In this document: in pieces, positions 22,664 to 34,081 of the stretch
Numbering within the stretch: the stretch's first letter is position 1
Layout: every line of letters starts with the position of its first letter
Assembly: GCA_010093995.1 (NCBI GenBank)
Contig: ML992501.1
Span: 892,945-956,944, forward strand
Source: Elsinoe ampelina
Taxonomy: Eukaryota
Direction: 5' to 3'
DNA: 64,000 nucleotides
Position numbers and translations under genes: made by a program
The notes under the pieces: model-generated
Seen by the model: the letters and a program-made list of their open reading frames with translations, nothing else
The model's database searches: none
What the model was told of the DNA's origin: nothing

Positions 22664-24246
22664 ATGGCGTACAACTTTACAACACTGCTGGCTGGTTCCG
22701 CTTTCCTCGGCCTGCTATATTATGCATTCTGGGAACTGACGACAGGTGCGAGGCGCCGACAGCTGATCAAGGAACGAGCATGTCTCCCACCTGTGAAGTA
22801 TCCAACCAAAGATCCTGTGCTCGGTATCGACCTTTTCAAGAAGACGCTAGCTGCTTTCAAGGATCGCCGTGGACTCGAGATGATCAAAGAACGATTCGAC
22901 GAAAAGGGCGTCCACACATTCCAGATCAATTCACTAGGCAAGACATTGATCTCAACCCGAGAGCCTGCCAATCTCAAGACGATCCAAGCTCTGGACTTCA
23001 AGAAGTGGTCTCTGGGGACACAGCGCATCGAAAACTTTCGAGTCTTCCTTGGGCCTGGCATCTTTGCCTCAGATGGTGCTGAATGGTCGCACTCGAGGGA
23101 AATGCTACGTCCCAACTTCAACCGCACTCAGATCCGCGATTTGGACACATTCGAGAGCCACATCGATCACCTCATTGCAGCTATCCCGCTTGACCGATCG
23201 ACCGTGGACCTTCAAGACCTCTTCTTCCGATTGACCATGGACAGCGCGACCGAGTTTCTCTTCGGCGAGAGCACCAATACGCTGATGCCAGGACTCTCCA
23301 CGGTATCTGCTTCAAAGTTCGCAGAGGCCTTCAACCGCGCACAGGAGACTCTTGCTCACCAAGGCCGCTTCGGAATCTTCTCTCGCTTTGCTGTCAATAA
23401 GGAGTACCGATCCGACTGCAAATTCGTACATGGTGAGAAGCTGCTGATGAACACATGGGTAATAGGAATCTAACAGGCCTAGACTTTGTCGACACTTACG
23501 TAGAAAAGGGCCTTGCCAAACGACCAAAACTTCTAGCAGAGAAGCCTAGCGATTCTGACCGCTACCTCTTCATCGATGAATTGGTACGCCAGACGACCGA
23601 CAAGTATCAAATCCGGTCCGAACTCCTCAACATTCTCCTGGCCGGCCGCGACACGACTGCCTCACTCCTGTCCAACGTGTGGTGGATCCTCAGTACACGT
23701 CCAGACATCTATGCGGAACTGCGTAAAGAGGTGGATGCTTTGGGGGGAGGAAGGCCTACATTCGAGGAGATCAAGGATATGAAATACCTCAAAGCTCTCC
23801 TCAACGAGTCTCTCCGAGTGCACCCTGTGGTACCACTCAACTCCCGCGAAGCCACAGAAGACACAACCCTTCCACGTGGAGGCGGTCCAGACGGTCAAAG
23901 CCCTCTCTTCGTCCCCAAGGGCAGAGTGGTAACATTCTCCACCTTCGCCATGCACAGACGCAAGGACTTCTTCGGCGAGGATGCTGAAGAATTCAAGCCT
24001 GAGCGATGGCTCGGCGAAAAGGGTCTCCGGCCAGGATGGGAGTACCTCCCCTTCAACGGCGGACCACGCATCTGTCTCGGCCAGCAATTCGCCCTGACCG
24101 AAGCTTCTTACACCACCATCCGCCTCATGCAGACCTTCAAGGCCATCGAGTCGCGAGACCCAGAGCCATGGAGGGAATGGTTGACCCTGACTTGCGTCGG
24201 TGCGGGTGGATGCAAAGTCTCGCTCACACCTGTTTCGGACGCATAA
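22664..24246 (+). CDS. Cytochrome P450, CYP52-clan (alkane/fatty-acid hydroxylase-like), 1 intron at about 23433-23482
   Basis: N-terminal TM, GIFASDGAEWSHSREMLRPNF, FFRLTMDSATEFLFGES, I-helix LLAGRDTTA, ESLR, PERW and heme motif FNGGPRICLGQQFA. Confidence 0.95.
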
Positions 24247-24900
24247 TCGGGATAGAAAAAGGACATGTTAATGATTGTACAGAATGTGAATAATGATAGG
24301 ATCAGTCCGATGGGATTGGGATGTTTTCTATAACGGTCTTGTTCGCGCAGGAGTCGGGTTCAGCGTACGTGTCGCGCTTCTGACGTTCCTTATGGTATAT
24401 CTCTACTATTAGCTGAAGGTCAATGGAGCTCCTCTCTGGCAACTTTGTCCTCATCGATGACAGGAGTTGTAGACTGTGATGCCACACCCTTATTTGTTAG
24501 CAGTCGATTCTCACCACACGCCAGATTTCGCTGCTGTGACGCCAGCTTTCGCTACCGTGACACCACTTCATTGCCTCTGACGCCTCCTCCACCCTGTTCC
24601 CCTTCCATCGACCCTCTTTCTCCCTCTCAGCTTCCTCCTTCCGCCCCTCCTTCCTCTCCTTCCTGACCCGATTGACCTCCAACTCAAGCCCCCCTCTCCG
24701 TCTTCGACTGCACACACGCTCCGCGAGAGAGGATGGAGGTGGTGTTGTAGGTTGTGAGAATGCGGATGATCGTGCAGACTTGGGTAGATGAAAGGAGGGA
24801 GGAGGAGGAGAGATAGGGGAAAGGCGTACGAGAGGCGGAGTTGTAAGCATGTTCCGCGGGAATTGATGGGACTGAGCAGAGCACGAGAGGAGGGAGGGAG

Positions 24901-24918
24901 AGAGAGAGAGAGAGAGAG
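24901..24918. repeat. (GA)n microsatellite within a polypurine tract
   Basis: agagagagagagagagag, preceded by gagaggagggagggag. Confidence 0.85.
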
Positions 24919-25047
24919 CAAAAAAAGGGATCATTGTTCATCGTCCTATCGACGGGGGTTTCTCTATAGGGTATCGTCACCACAATCAAGCAGTCGTAAC
25001 ATCATCATAGCTTCCCCTCCCATCACCTTCCATCCACCTTACCCGCA

Positions 25048-28000
25048 CTACTGGCTTTGCAGGTACTGCGCCAACTGGACCACCTTGCCCCTCGTCTCGT
25101 CATCGAGCTGCTCCTCGGGCGGACCGAGTACTTTCTGGAGGACAGGCAGCAATTTGCCAGTCAATCCCATCATGACGGGCTGCTGAGCTTGATCTGGTGT
25201 TGTTAGCACTAGATTGCGATGTGTTTGACCACAGATAACTTACACAGAGCGACCACCATCTCAAAGACGGCAGAGTTCTCCTCGTAGTCCTCCCTCAATG
25301 GCAACAGGTCCACCAGCACAGGTAGGACCTCCTCCAATGGGACCTTGTCTGGGTGCGCCCTGATCATGCGCGCGACACAACCGGCCGAGTTGTCCAACAA
25401 TCTCGCGCCTTGCTGATCATGTAGCAAAGGCTCCAGCTTGGCGAGGATGGTGTTGTAATTGCCCAAAATCTCTTTGGTGTTCTCGCTGTGTAGGCACAAC
25501 AAGCCAGTCCCGTACGCGGCATTGCTGCGGGTTTCGAGGTCTTCGTCGCCCAGACGCTTGAGTAGGATGGTCATGAGCTTGGTCGTGAACGGCGTCACAG
25601 CCTTGCCCATGTTGCCGATGCATTCGGCGACCGTGCCGACGGCGGCGGTTCGCTCTTGTCGGTCCTGGCCGGAGCAGTACTTGATGACGAGCTTGTCGAA
25701 GATTTGCCAGAGATTGTGGAAGTCTGGGCCGAGAGCAGCGGCGAGGCAGGTGATGACTTCCATGGCAGTCTCGATCACGAGCCAGTCATATTCGGATGAT
25801 TCTTCGGCGAGATCTGGGTCTTGCTCATCGTCCATGTCGAGTTGACACGGGTGCTTCTTGGTAAGGAGGTCGGTGAGAACTTCGGTGATCTGCTGAACGG
25901 AGGGTTTGTCGCCAACGGACGGGTTGAGGATGGCGGGACCGCATGTCTTGAGCGTTGCGGCAACGTTTCGGTTGATGTCTGTGACTGTGGACCTATAACC
26001 TTGTCAGCACGAGCTTTGGAGATGCAGGCTGCCGGAAAGTGTGTGAATGTAGACAATCAGGGTAGATTCTTTCGCGTTCCCATCATGCACAAATTTTGTG
26101 TCTGAGTGAGCTGGGTTGTAACGAGTAACTTGTCATCATGGTAAGGAGGGTAGAGAAAAGATGAGGTTTACCGATCGACTTCGTTGTGCCAGATGCTCAA
26201 TGTTGCAGTCATCACCAGTTGACCAAGCTTCTCGACATCACCAGAAACGGGCACCTTGAGAGGTAGACCTGGCTGCCACTTCGCCTTGCCTTCTCCGTCG
26301 GCTTCTGTAAGAGCGAAGAGGCTCGCATATGATCGCCAGATGGCGCCAACCGCAGCTTTGCGAACACCTTCAAAGTTGTGCTCGATGAGCGGAAACACCT
26401 CTTCCAGACACTTCTGTAGGTATGGCAGTGCCTTGGCTCCAGTGTTGGAAAGGACTTCACCGACCACCTCCACAGCAATTTCCTTCTCCATGGCTACTGC
26501 AGTGACGGCGCCGAGATCATCCCAAGCGTCCTCGTCGTCAATGTCGATTGCGTCGTCATCGTCATCATCATCGTCGGCACTGACAACTTTGATCTTCTTT
26601 CCGGCAACAATGACTTCTTGGCCGATGAGATCCTTGGCTTCCTCGCCGAGCTTGACTTCTTCCTCGGTCTCATCCTGCTTCATGCAGTCGATAAGACCTT
26701 TGATGACGCCGTCCAGATATGGAGCAAAAGAATCGCCATAAACCTTGCTAAGAACGCTCCACAATATGTAGCTAGTCTCGCGCAACCTAGGATGCTCGAG
26801 ATGCAATGCCTCTTCGGAAGCTTGCATGAGAGGTACGACGAAAGGCTGGAAGGGCTCCGCACCGACCGCGCCAGCGATCTTTCCCAGCGAGTCGCAGACA
26901 AAGCCACGTAGCTCCAGCTCATCCTCAGAATCCTTGATGGAAACGTAGGGTCCGAGCATGCGCATAGTCTGCTCAAAGAAGGGCATGAAAGATGACTCAA
27001 CTGCAGACGCGAGCGAGCCGACAGCGCCTACTGAAGCGATCTGAACCTTGCTGTCATCGTGCGTCATGAGCGGACTGAAGCGTGGCATGAGCTCGCCAAC
27101 GTATTTGCTGGCATCTTCAGGCTCAAGACCTTCAATGAGGGAATCGACAGCCAGGCAGCACGATCGAACGATTCCGAGGTTCTCTTCGGCATTCTGACCG
27201 TTCTGTAGTCCGGTAGCCGCAATGTCGAAAGTCTTGATCAACGCTGGCAGTATGCGTTCGTGCTCTTTCCCCATATCTTCGGCGAGATCGTCCGCGAGGC
27301 GAGCCACGCCATTGAGCGCAGCAGATCGGACGCGAGCTTCTGGATCTTCGAGAAGATGTAGGACCATGGGTAGGATCTCCTTCAATTGAGTGCTGATGAA
27401 ATCTGGCGCACCCTCAACGGACATGCCAAGTGCGAGGACACCAGCACGCCTGTAGTCGGGGTTGGAGTGTTGGACATACTGTCCAAGTGTCTTGAGGAGG
27501 GGTACCACAACCTGGCTGGGAGGTAGACTCTGTGCCATAATATCCAGCAGTCCGAGAGCTGATCTTGCCGGGGTGATATCCTCGTCCTCAATGCCCCCCT
27601 CGTCCAGCTCGGTGACGATTTGCATCGACTTGATGGTCATCTGCTCGCCGATTCGCAAGGCTTGCACCTTCATCTTACGATATCTGACGGCTTGCATGAG
27701 GAAAGAGATGGCTTGTGATCGAGCTTCTTCGTCGACTTGTGTGTTGCTCGAAATGTCCAGCATAAGTTGCATGAGGTCGCCAAAGTGTGCATTCAGGAAG
27801 GCTGATTCGTAGCTGAGGAGCCTGTTGAAAATCTCAAATGCCTGCATCGTGTGCTCGTCGTCCCCTGCTTGGATTGATTGTTGCAGTATGCTCACCATGT
27901 GAGGGATGGTGGACTGGAAAGCCTTGAGTGACTTCTCGTCCTCGTCGGTGTCCAAGATCATCGTAATCTCGGAGAGAGCCAACATGGAGTTCATCCTGAC

Positions 28001-28583
28001 CTCGACGCTGTCAGGGTCGGTGATGGTCTTCTGGAGGAGGGCTAGCATGGCTCCAATGTTTTCCTGAAACATGTCCGGCATGGTCTCCAGGAGTGTGTAG
28101 ATGATGTATATGCCCACCTCCCTGTGTCTCGCCTCTTGACTGGTCGATGCCTGCTGTAGGATTCCAGGCAGCTCCGACCACTGTCCATCTGCGAGGTCGA
28201 TGGCAGCAATGGCAGCGATAACGCGAGCTTTTGAATGGCGGGCGAGAGACTGATCTTCATTCAAGGTCGCTTGGAGCAGGGATTGCCTGAGCTGTGCTTT
28301 CTCAGTATCCGGCACAGCCGCCCAATGCTTCGCGACAAGCTTTCTCGACTCGACGGCCGCGAGTTGGCGGAGGTTGGCATTCTGGTTAGACACTAGGATG
28401 TGTATAAGAGCTGAGACGGAAGCTGGCGAAGTGTAGTATGTCTTGTTGAGAGAAGCGGTGGCTGCCTTGACCTTTTCTGTATCGGCTGTAAAATGGTCAG
28501 CGGGGTCTCGCCAAGTTTGCAAAGTGTGGTCTTTTACGCAGGAGGAGGTTCTCCAGCAATTGGACAAAGTGACGCTCATCCAT
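25048..28583 (-). CDS. KAP123: Importin-beta-4 / Kap123 (HEAT-repeat karyopherin), 3 introns
   Basis: Exon 1 MDERHFVQLLENLLL (ATG 28583), then DTEKVKAATASL..RQLAAVESRK and HEAT repeats. Also an acidic loop followed by AVTAVAMEKEIAVE, ESSEYDWLVIETAMEV and LPLREDYEEN. The last exon ends QLAQYLQSQ* at 25048. Confidence 0.92.
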
Positions 28584-28776
28584 CTTGACAAATGCTCCTG
28601 GGTATCACTGACAAGCAAAACAAGAAAGGAAAGACTGTTGTGAATATGCAAAGTGCGAGTGATCGGGCAGGACATTTGAGGCCCATGACATTTTGCGGCA
28701 GAAAAATATTGGCGGTGAAGCTCAGATCAGACAAGGTGCCGCATGGCACGTGATTTAATTACAAACAACGACTACC

Positions 28777-30626
28777 TTACGTAACCATGGCGGCAAATTC
28801 AGCGAAACGATTGATGGCGCCACACTGGCCCGGGAGTGTTCCCTTTGGATCTTCTGTAAAAGCGCAAGTGATCGTATCATACACCGTGTAGTAGGTAAAG
28901 TCGGCGAAGAAGCCCCTACACTGTTGGGCGGCATCGACGGCAGTGGCATTACCAGGATTGGCGGCAGCGGCAGCGGCTCTACGTTTTTGACGGTCGGCGA
29001 TGCAGTACTCCATGCAGCGATCGTAATAGTTGGTGCACTTGCCGACCGGATCCTGAACCGGGGCTATGCTTGGGTCGTAGCATGACCAGGCTCCTGTGGA
29101 GGGCTTGCAGATACATTCGGCGTAGCGGAATTTGAAGGCAGGAGTATATGGACCCCAATTGATGAATGTGGCGGCGGGTGTGGCTGCTGCGTATGTTGTG
29201 CTCGCCGTGGTAAAGTTGAGGGCGGCGTAGGCCAAAGTTGTGGCCCCAGCTGTTGGACGTGTGGTGGTGAAGAGATAGGTCGTCACGGTCTCTGTACCTG
29301 TGACTGTTGGTAAGATCGTGACTGACGTGTCAGTCTCTGTAACCACTGATACGATCGTCAAGGCTGCTGCGGTTGTAGTCGATGTTACTGTCACTGGAGT
29401 GGGGAACCCAAAGGGAGTCAGACAAGAGCAGGCACTGGTCTGGTAGGATGTCGGCGAGATGGTGAGATAAGTTGGCTGGTATTCCGAGGAAGAGGAAGCT
29501 TGCCGACGGAAGAGTGGCGTTGTCGAGATGCAGACTGTGCGTATGGCAGTCGAGAAGACGGTCAGGGTTGGGATAGTCAAAGATCTGATGGTCAGAGTGG
29601 GCACGTAAGTTGGGCTAATGGTGCTGACGATGTCGGTCGTAATGGAAGTCACCGTCGGTGTTGTAGCAATGATGACAGTCATGGTTGATGGTTGTATGTT
29701 CAGCAAGCTCCAGCAGTATGGATATCTGGAAGGATCTGCATTCAGAGACTGCACTGCAGCGCTCGAGCAGAACGGCAACGACGCGGTTGTGGTTGTGGTT
29801 GTCGTGGTGGTGGTAGTGGTGGTTGCGGTTGTCGTGGTGGTGGTAGTGGTGGTGGTGGTGGCGGTGGTCGCCGTCGTCGTCGTCGAGGTTGTGGTCGGAA
29901 TGAGGCTAGTGGTTGCTCCCGTCGTTGCTGTGGTACCGGATGGCGGAGTCTGCGATGTTACCGCGTCGGAAAGGGAGCCTGGGATAGATGCCACGATGCG
30001 GGAAACATCCGTGGCGGTCGTTTTGCCGGCAAGTGACCTGCTGGACGAGCCGATTTTGATTGGATTGTTGATGCATTTACAAGCTGCAGTCGTTCGCTTG
30101 ACACTCAACTGCCGAAAGGCCCTTCTCGTCTGCCTGCTGATCAAAGTCAGAAGAGGGCGGGAGATGTACGAAGCTCTGCTTACAAGGAATACTTCATGAA
30201 GAACCTGCAAAAGCTAGCCTCATTGTCGATTTCGCTCTGGACAATCTTGATGTCGGCCGTGGGACAGCCTGCTGCGTATGTGGCTCTCTTCTGCAGAGCG
30301 TGAGATGCATCGGCGGCGGGCTCTGCGCGCACAAGTAATCTGCTACTGCTAGCCTGGTCGACAATGCATCTGCAAGCCTGGGTAACGCGATCAGGGGTCA
30401 GCTTGGGGAAGGCAGTGTTGCTGCGGAAGCTGTTGCTTGTCAGTCTTTACGCAGACCCGCTCGATGGGAGTACACACGTGGACAGCCAGAAGCCGCAAAA
30501 GTAGACTGGATGAGTGACAGAGATGCTAACCAAGGCGACATCGACACGTGAGCATTGGTCAGCAGTGGTCGCTGCTGAGACTGTGAGGTACAAAGCACTA
30601 AGTAGCGCCACCAGGAAGCATCGCAT
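28777..30626 (-). CDS. Secreted Cys-module / Thr-rich repeat protein (cell-wall or effector-like), 2 introns (30430-30477, 30137-30183)
   Basis: Upstream exons read from the sequence give the signal peptide MRCFLVALLSALYLTVSA. Repeated C-x18-19-FC..AC.C modules, a poly-Thr linker and a Cys-rich C-terminus follow, joining the 477-aa ORF in frame. Confidence 0.8.
29785..29895. repeat. Coding trinucleotide-like repeat (poly-Thr) with an internal ~30-bp duplication
   Basis: ggttgtcgtggtggtggtagtggtggt occurs twice in tandem and encodes the TTTTT run on the minus strand. Confidence 0.85.
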
Positions 30627-31750
30627 TTTCGCGGTTCACGAGCAACAGAATCGTACAGAGAGGATGGAAAAGACCTACTCTTCTCGTGGGTGGGACATGA
30701 GCCCACATCTGTACCCTGTCGCTTCAATCGTCTGCAACGGTGTATTCTTCTTTGAAGTCGTTGTAAATATCGCAACGTGCCCTGAAAGTTTCGAGGCTTC
30801 ACTGGCGACTCTAAAAGAGGAGAGAGAGGTGGAGATGAGTCGTTGGAATCTCGGTCAACGGTCTGCCATGAGATGGTAGATGGCGCCCTCGCGGCAGTAT
30901 GGATGCTCTATCCGCGACAGTTCATGGACCTGTGAAGGATTCCATCAAGCCACAAGAGCGGCGAATTCCAGATCTTGTATGCCTGACTGTCTGGTAACGG
31001 GAACTGTCAACCGGGAAACGAAAGGCAGGGATGAGCTGCAGGCCGGAAATGGTTCACGGTTGTGGAGCTGCTGACGGTTTCATGCTATCGCTTCTGCCCA
31101 CCACAATCAACCAAAAGAATGAAAAAGCAAGCCACGAAGAGACGTGGCCTGGTCATGCAGGTACGTTCAAACAAGATAACGAAAGAGGGGAAACGACCGA
31201 GTCGTCGGGACGAAAGATGCATGGTGAAAGACGTCTCCTGCAGAGCTTTGCCACGTTCTGATACGCTGGTGCATACGCTAGTTTCTCGTTTTACGCACAC
31301 CCTGCAGAGAGCATGGGGAGTGACTGCATTCACTGTAAATGAGTCTCTGAAGAGAATGATGCCCACAAAAGAGCACCCCAAATATAAGCGACCACCTCAT
31401 TGACTGGGACAGATGTTGGTTCAAGACAATAGTCGACCGAGAGAGTTCTAGGCTCGAAAGTGACAAGACGACATGTGCCGGGCGGCCCTGAAAGGATCAT
31501 TTCGTTTTGGTCTTCGTTTGCATGTTCTACGAGACTACGAGCGCGTTCGACGCTTCGTCTCGTCCCGGAAGGGGCGCCGTCTATGCCATATCGAGCTGGT
31601 CGCGTGGACACAACATGGCTAATCCTGGTCTCTTCAGAGTGGAACTGTGGAACAGAGTGCTGTAAATGTCGTGATGATCTGCCTGTAGCGTCGAATCTCT
31701 GTCATAACGTGTCAATCAAAGTGCGACGACCCGCGGCTGAAATGCTGTCT

Positions 31751-31779
31751 AGCTCTGTTAGCTCTGTTAGCTCTGTTAG
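31751..31779. repeat. 9-bp tandem repeat (agctctgtt)x3, intergenic
   Basis: agctctgtt agctctgtt agctctgtt ag, read directly. Confidence 0.85.
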
Positions 31780-32400
31780 TTAAAGGCTATTGTGTATTTC
31801 GGTCTTTTCTGGTCCTTCTGGACTGGTCAGCTTCTGCTGGGTCCTCAGGGCATACACCCTTCTTTAATTTATCACACATGCCTGCGCAACTTTCCCATCG
31901 TGTCTCTTTCGCGGCCTACAGACCATTACCAGGGTCACCAAGATTGGCGGTATCGAGACCAGAGTCGCAAACGAGCCCTCAGCACTGATTCTCTAGCCCT
32001 CACACGACTCTGACATCTGCAACAACCTTGTCTGTCCACCAGCTCATCACCTCGGCTCTCTCGATCTGACGGCATCCCATGTCGCACAATCCTCGCTCGT
32101 CCAATTGATCTCTTCCTCTACCTCACTTTCAATCCCTTAGTCGCTCATTCGGGAGGGTACTCTCTCTCAAGCTCGTCCTTGTGCTACCGCATTCCAAATC
32201 TCGGTACGCACGACGAGAGATCTTAGCGGACCGCTGACGGCTGCTGACACCTTTAGCCTGTCATATATCTCATACGCCTCAGCATCTCAAGAGCGGCTTG
32301 CTGTTTTGGCGCCTTTTTTGGGCTGCTCAGACAGGGTCAACTTGCGTCGGATATTCTTTACCGCCTACATCACATATCACTTCATCCTTACCTATTCGCT

Positions 32401-33188
32401 ATGGGTTGCGGCATGTCCAGTCCCGCGCCCTCGCAGGGGGTCAGGCATCCTGCTCGTCCACCGCCATCGCAGACCCGTTCGAATCAAACTACTTCCCAGC
32501 TCAGCAGCTTCAACAAGGACTATGGCTCACCTCAGTTGCAACCTGCTCACCGCCAGCTCAAGTCCGAGACAAATGCTGTCGGCATTCCAGACTTTGATGA
32601 CACCTTCGACCGCGACTCTGGCTACTCCTCACCTGTATCTACTACTACTGGTGCAAAGACCTTGACTAAGCGCTTCCACAAGCCCGCCTCCTCTATCGAC
32701 GCAAACATCCCAGACTTCTCCAATCGCCCATTCGGTCATAGTGCCACCGCCTGGTCCGCCACTGGAACCGGTCCCCAACCTCAAGCGCTTCATCGCTCAC
32801 CATCCAAGGTCAATGCTGCCGCGCGTATGAGGTCCATCGATATCATGGATACCTCCAAGAAGGCGCCGGCTCCAGTGTCACCACCAAAGTCACTTCCCGA
32901 GCCGTCCGAGCCAAAGGGTCCTGCTGCTTTCCAACGGCGCATGGACAAGCGTAATGAATGGACCCAGCGTGGTGCTGTCAGAGAGGGCGAGAGCGATGAC
33001 GGGCGATCAGGCTACAGTGATGCGGTCGGAAGGGCCACGTGAGCTGAATGACGACCCCGTCCATGCATATCGCACTTGGCTCAGCTTCTTGACATTACAG
33101 CTGCTGGTCCAGCCGAAAGGTACCGATGGTCTCACAGAACATTACCCGCGCAAGCGGAATCGATCAAGACAAGAACGAGTATCGCTAA
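32401..33188 (+). CDS. Hypothetical disordered protein with N-terminal MGCGMS dual-acylation-like motif, 1 intron 33039-33100
   Basis: 213-aa ORF followed by an intron GTGAGC..TTGAC..TTACAG. The last exon reads CWSSRKVPMVSQNITRASGIDQDKNEYR*. A long pyrimidine-rich leader lies upstream. Confidence 0.65.
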
Positions 33189-34081
33189 ACCTGGTTCACG
33201 CCACAACATCGCCATCCGTACTCGCACGCCTCACATTCACCCATGATACCATCGTTAAAGGACGTCACAACTTCCGGAGCACATCCCCTCCTTTCACGCC
33301 TTGTATTACGACTTCGCCAAAGCGCAGAGACAGTGGGACGACCTCGTAATAAGCTGTCCCATATATCTTCACAATCTGGATCACCGACGATCGGACTCTT
33401 CTACTTTTCCTTCATCACAGCTCAACGAGACCTTCCTCCACTTCTTCTTTGTCATTACAACCACGAATTATGATACCATGATGCGATATTGAGATATCCA
33501 AATAGCGAAATTAACAACCATATCCACCATCCATTATTCACATCTTGAGCCACACGACAGAGCAACCATACATGGAATATGTTCATTCAAGGGTATCAAC
33601 ATGCCTACGACCGAGGTACCCATCCTCCTCCCTTAGACTAGATGTCTTCAGATGATCCTCACACATCTTCCTCCTCCAGCTTTCCTTCCCAATCCCTCAC
33701 CTCTCTGATAAGAATACGTCCATTACCCCTCTCGTTCCCCACGCCATGTCATCCGCCTTTTTTGACCTCCCATCCCAATGCAACATGTCATCATTATCCT
33801 CCACCAATCATCTCCCAATGACAAAAACCAAAGACGCTAAGCAATATGCCAATCGACAAAAAAAATCGAAACAAACACTGCCGGGACAATCCCAAAGCCA
33901 GCGGTATACCCAAACCCCCACCCCAAGAAACATAATCGCATCCATGTATACCATCGCAATGCCCATTGCCAAATGCAACCCAACAAACAAACGTCAAGGG
34001 CGGATAAGCGCACCGGTCCCCTTCCTCTCCCCTACCCCAACCCCCAGTCCCCATTTCCAACTCCGAGATGAACGGAGAAAC

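Noticed and set aside
24497..24934. 145-aa minus-strand ORF in the pyrimidine/purine block
   Set aside because: It is translated microsatellite and low-complexity sequence with no family resemblance. Kept only as a compositional finding.
28695..28720. gaaaaatatt upstream of KAP123 as an RRPE-like element (similar weak PAC-like word upstream of MSS116)
   Set aside because: These are imperfect short matches expected by chance.
29618..30199. Poly-Val plus-strand ORF resembling a membrane protein
   Set aside because: It is the antisense of the poly-Thr repeat.
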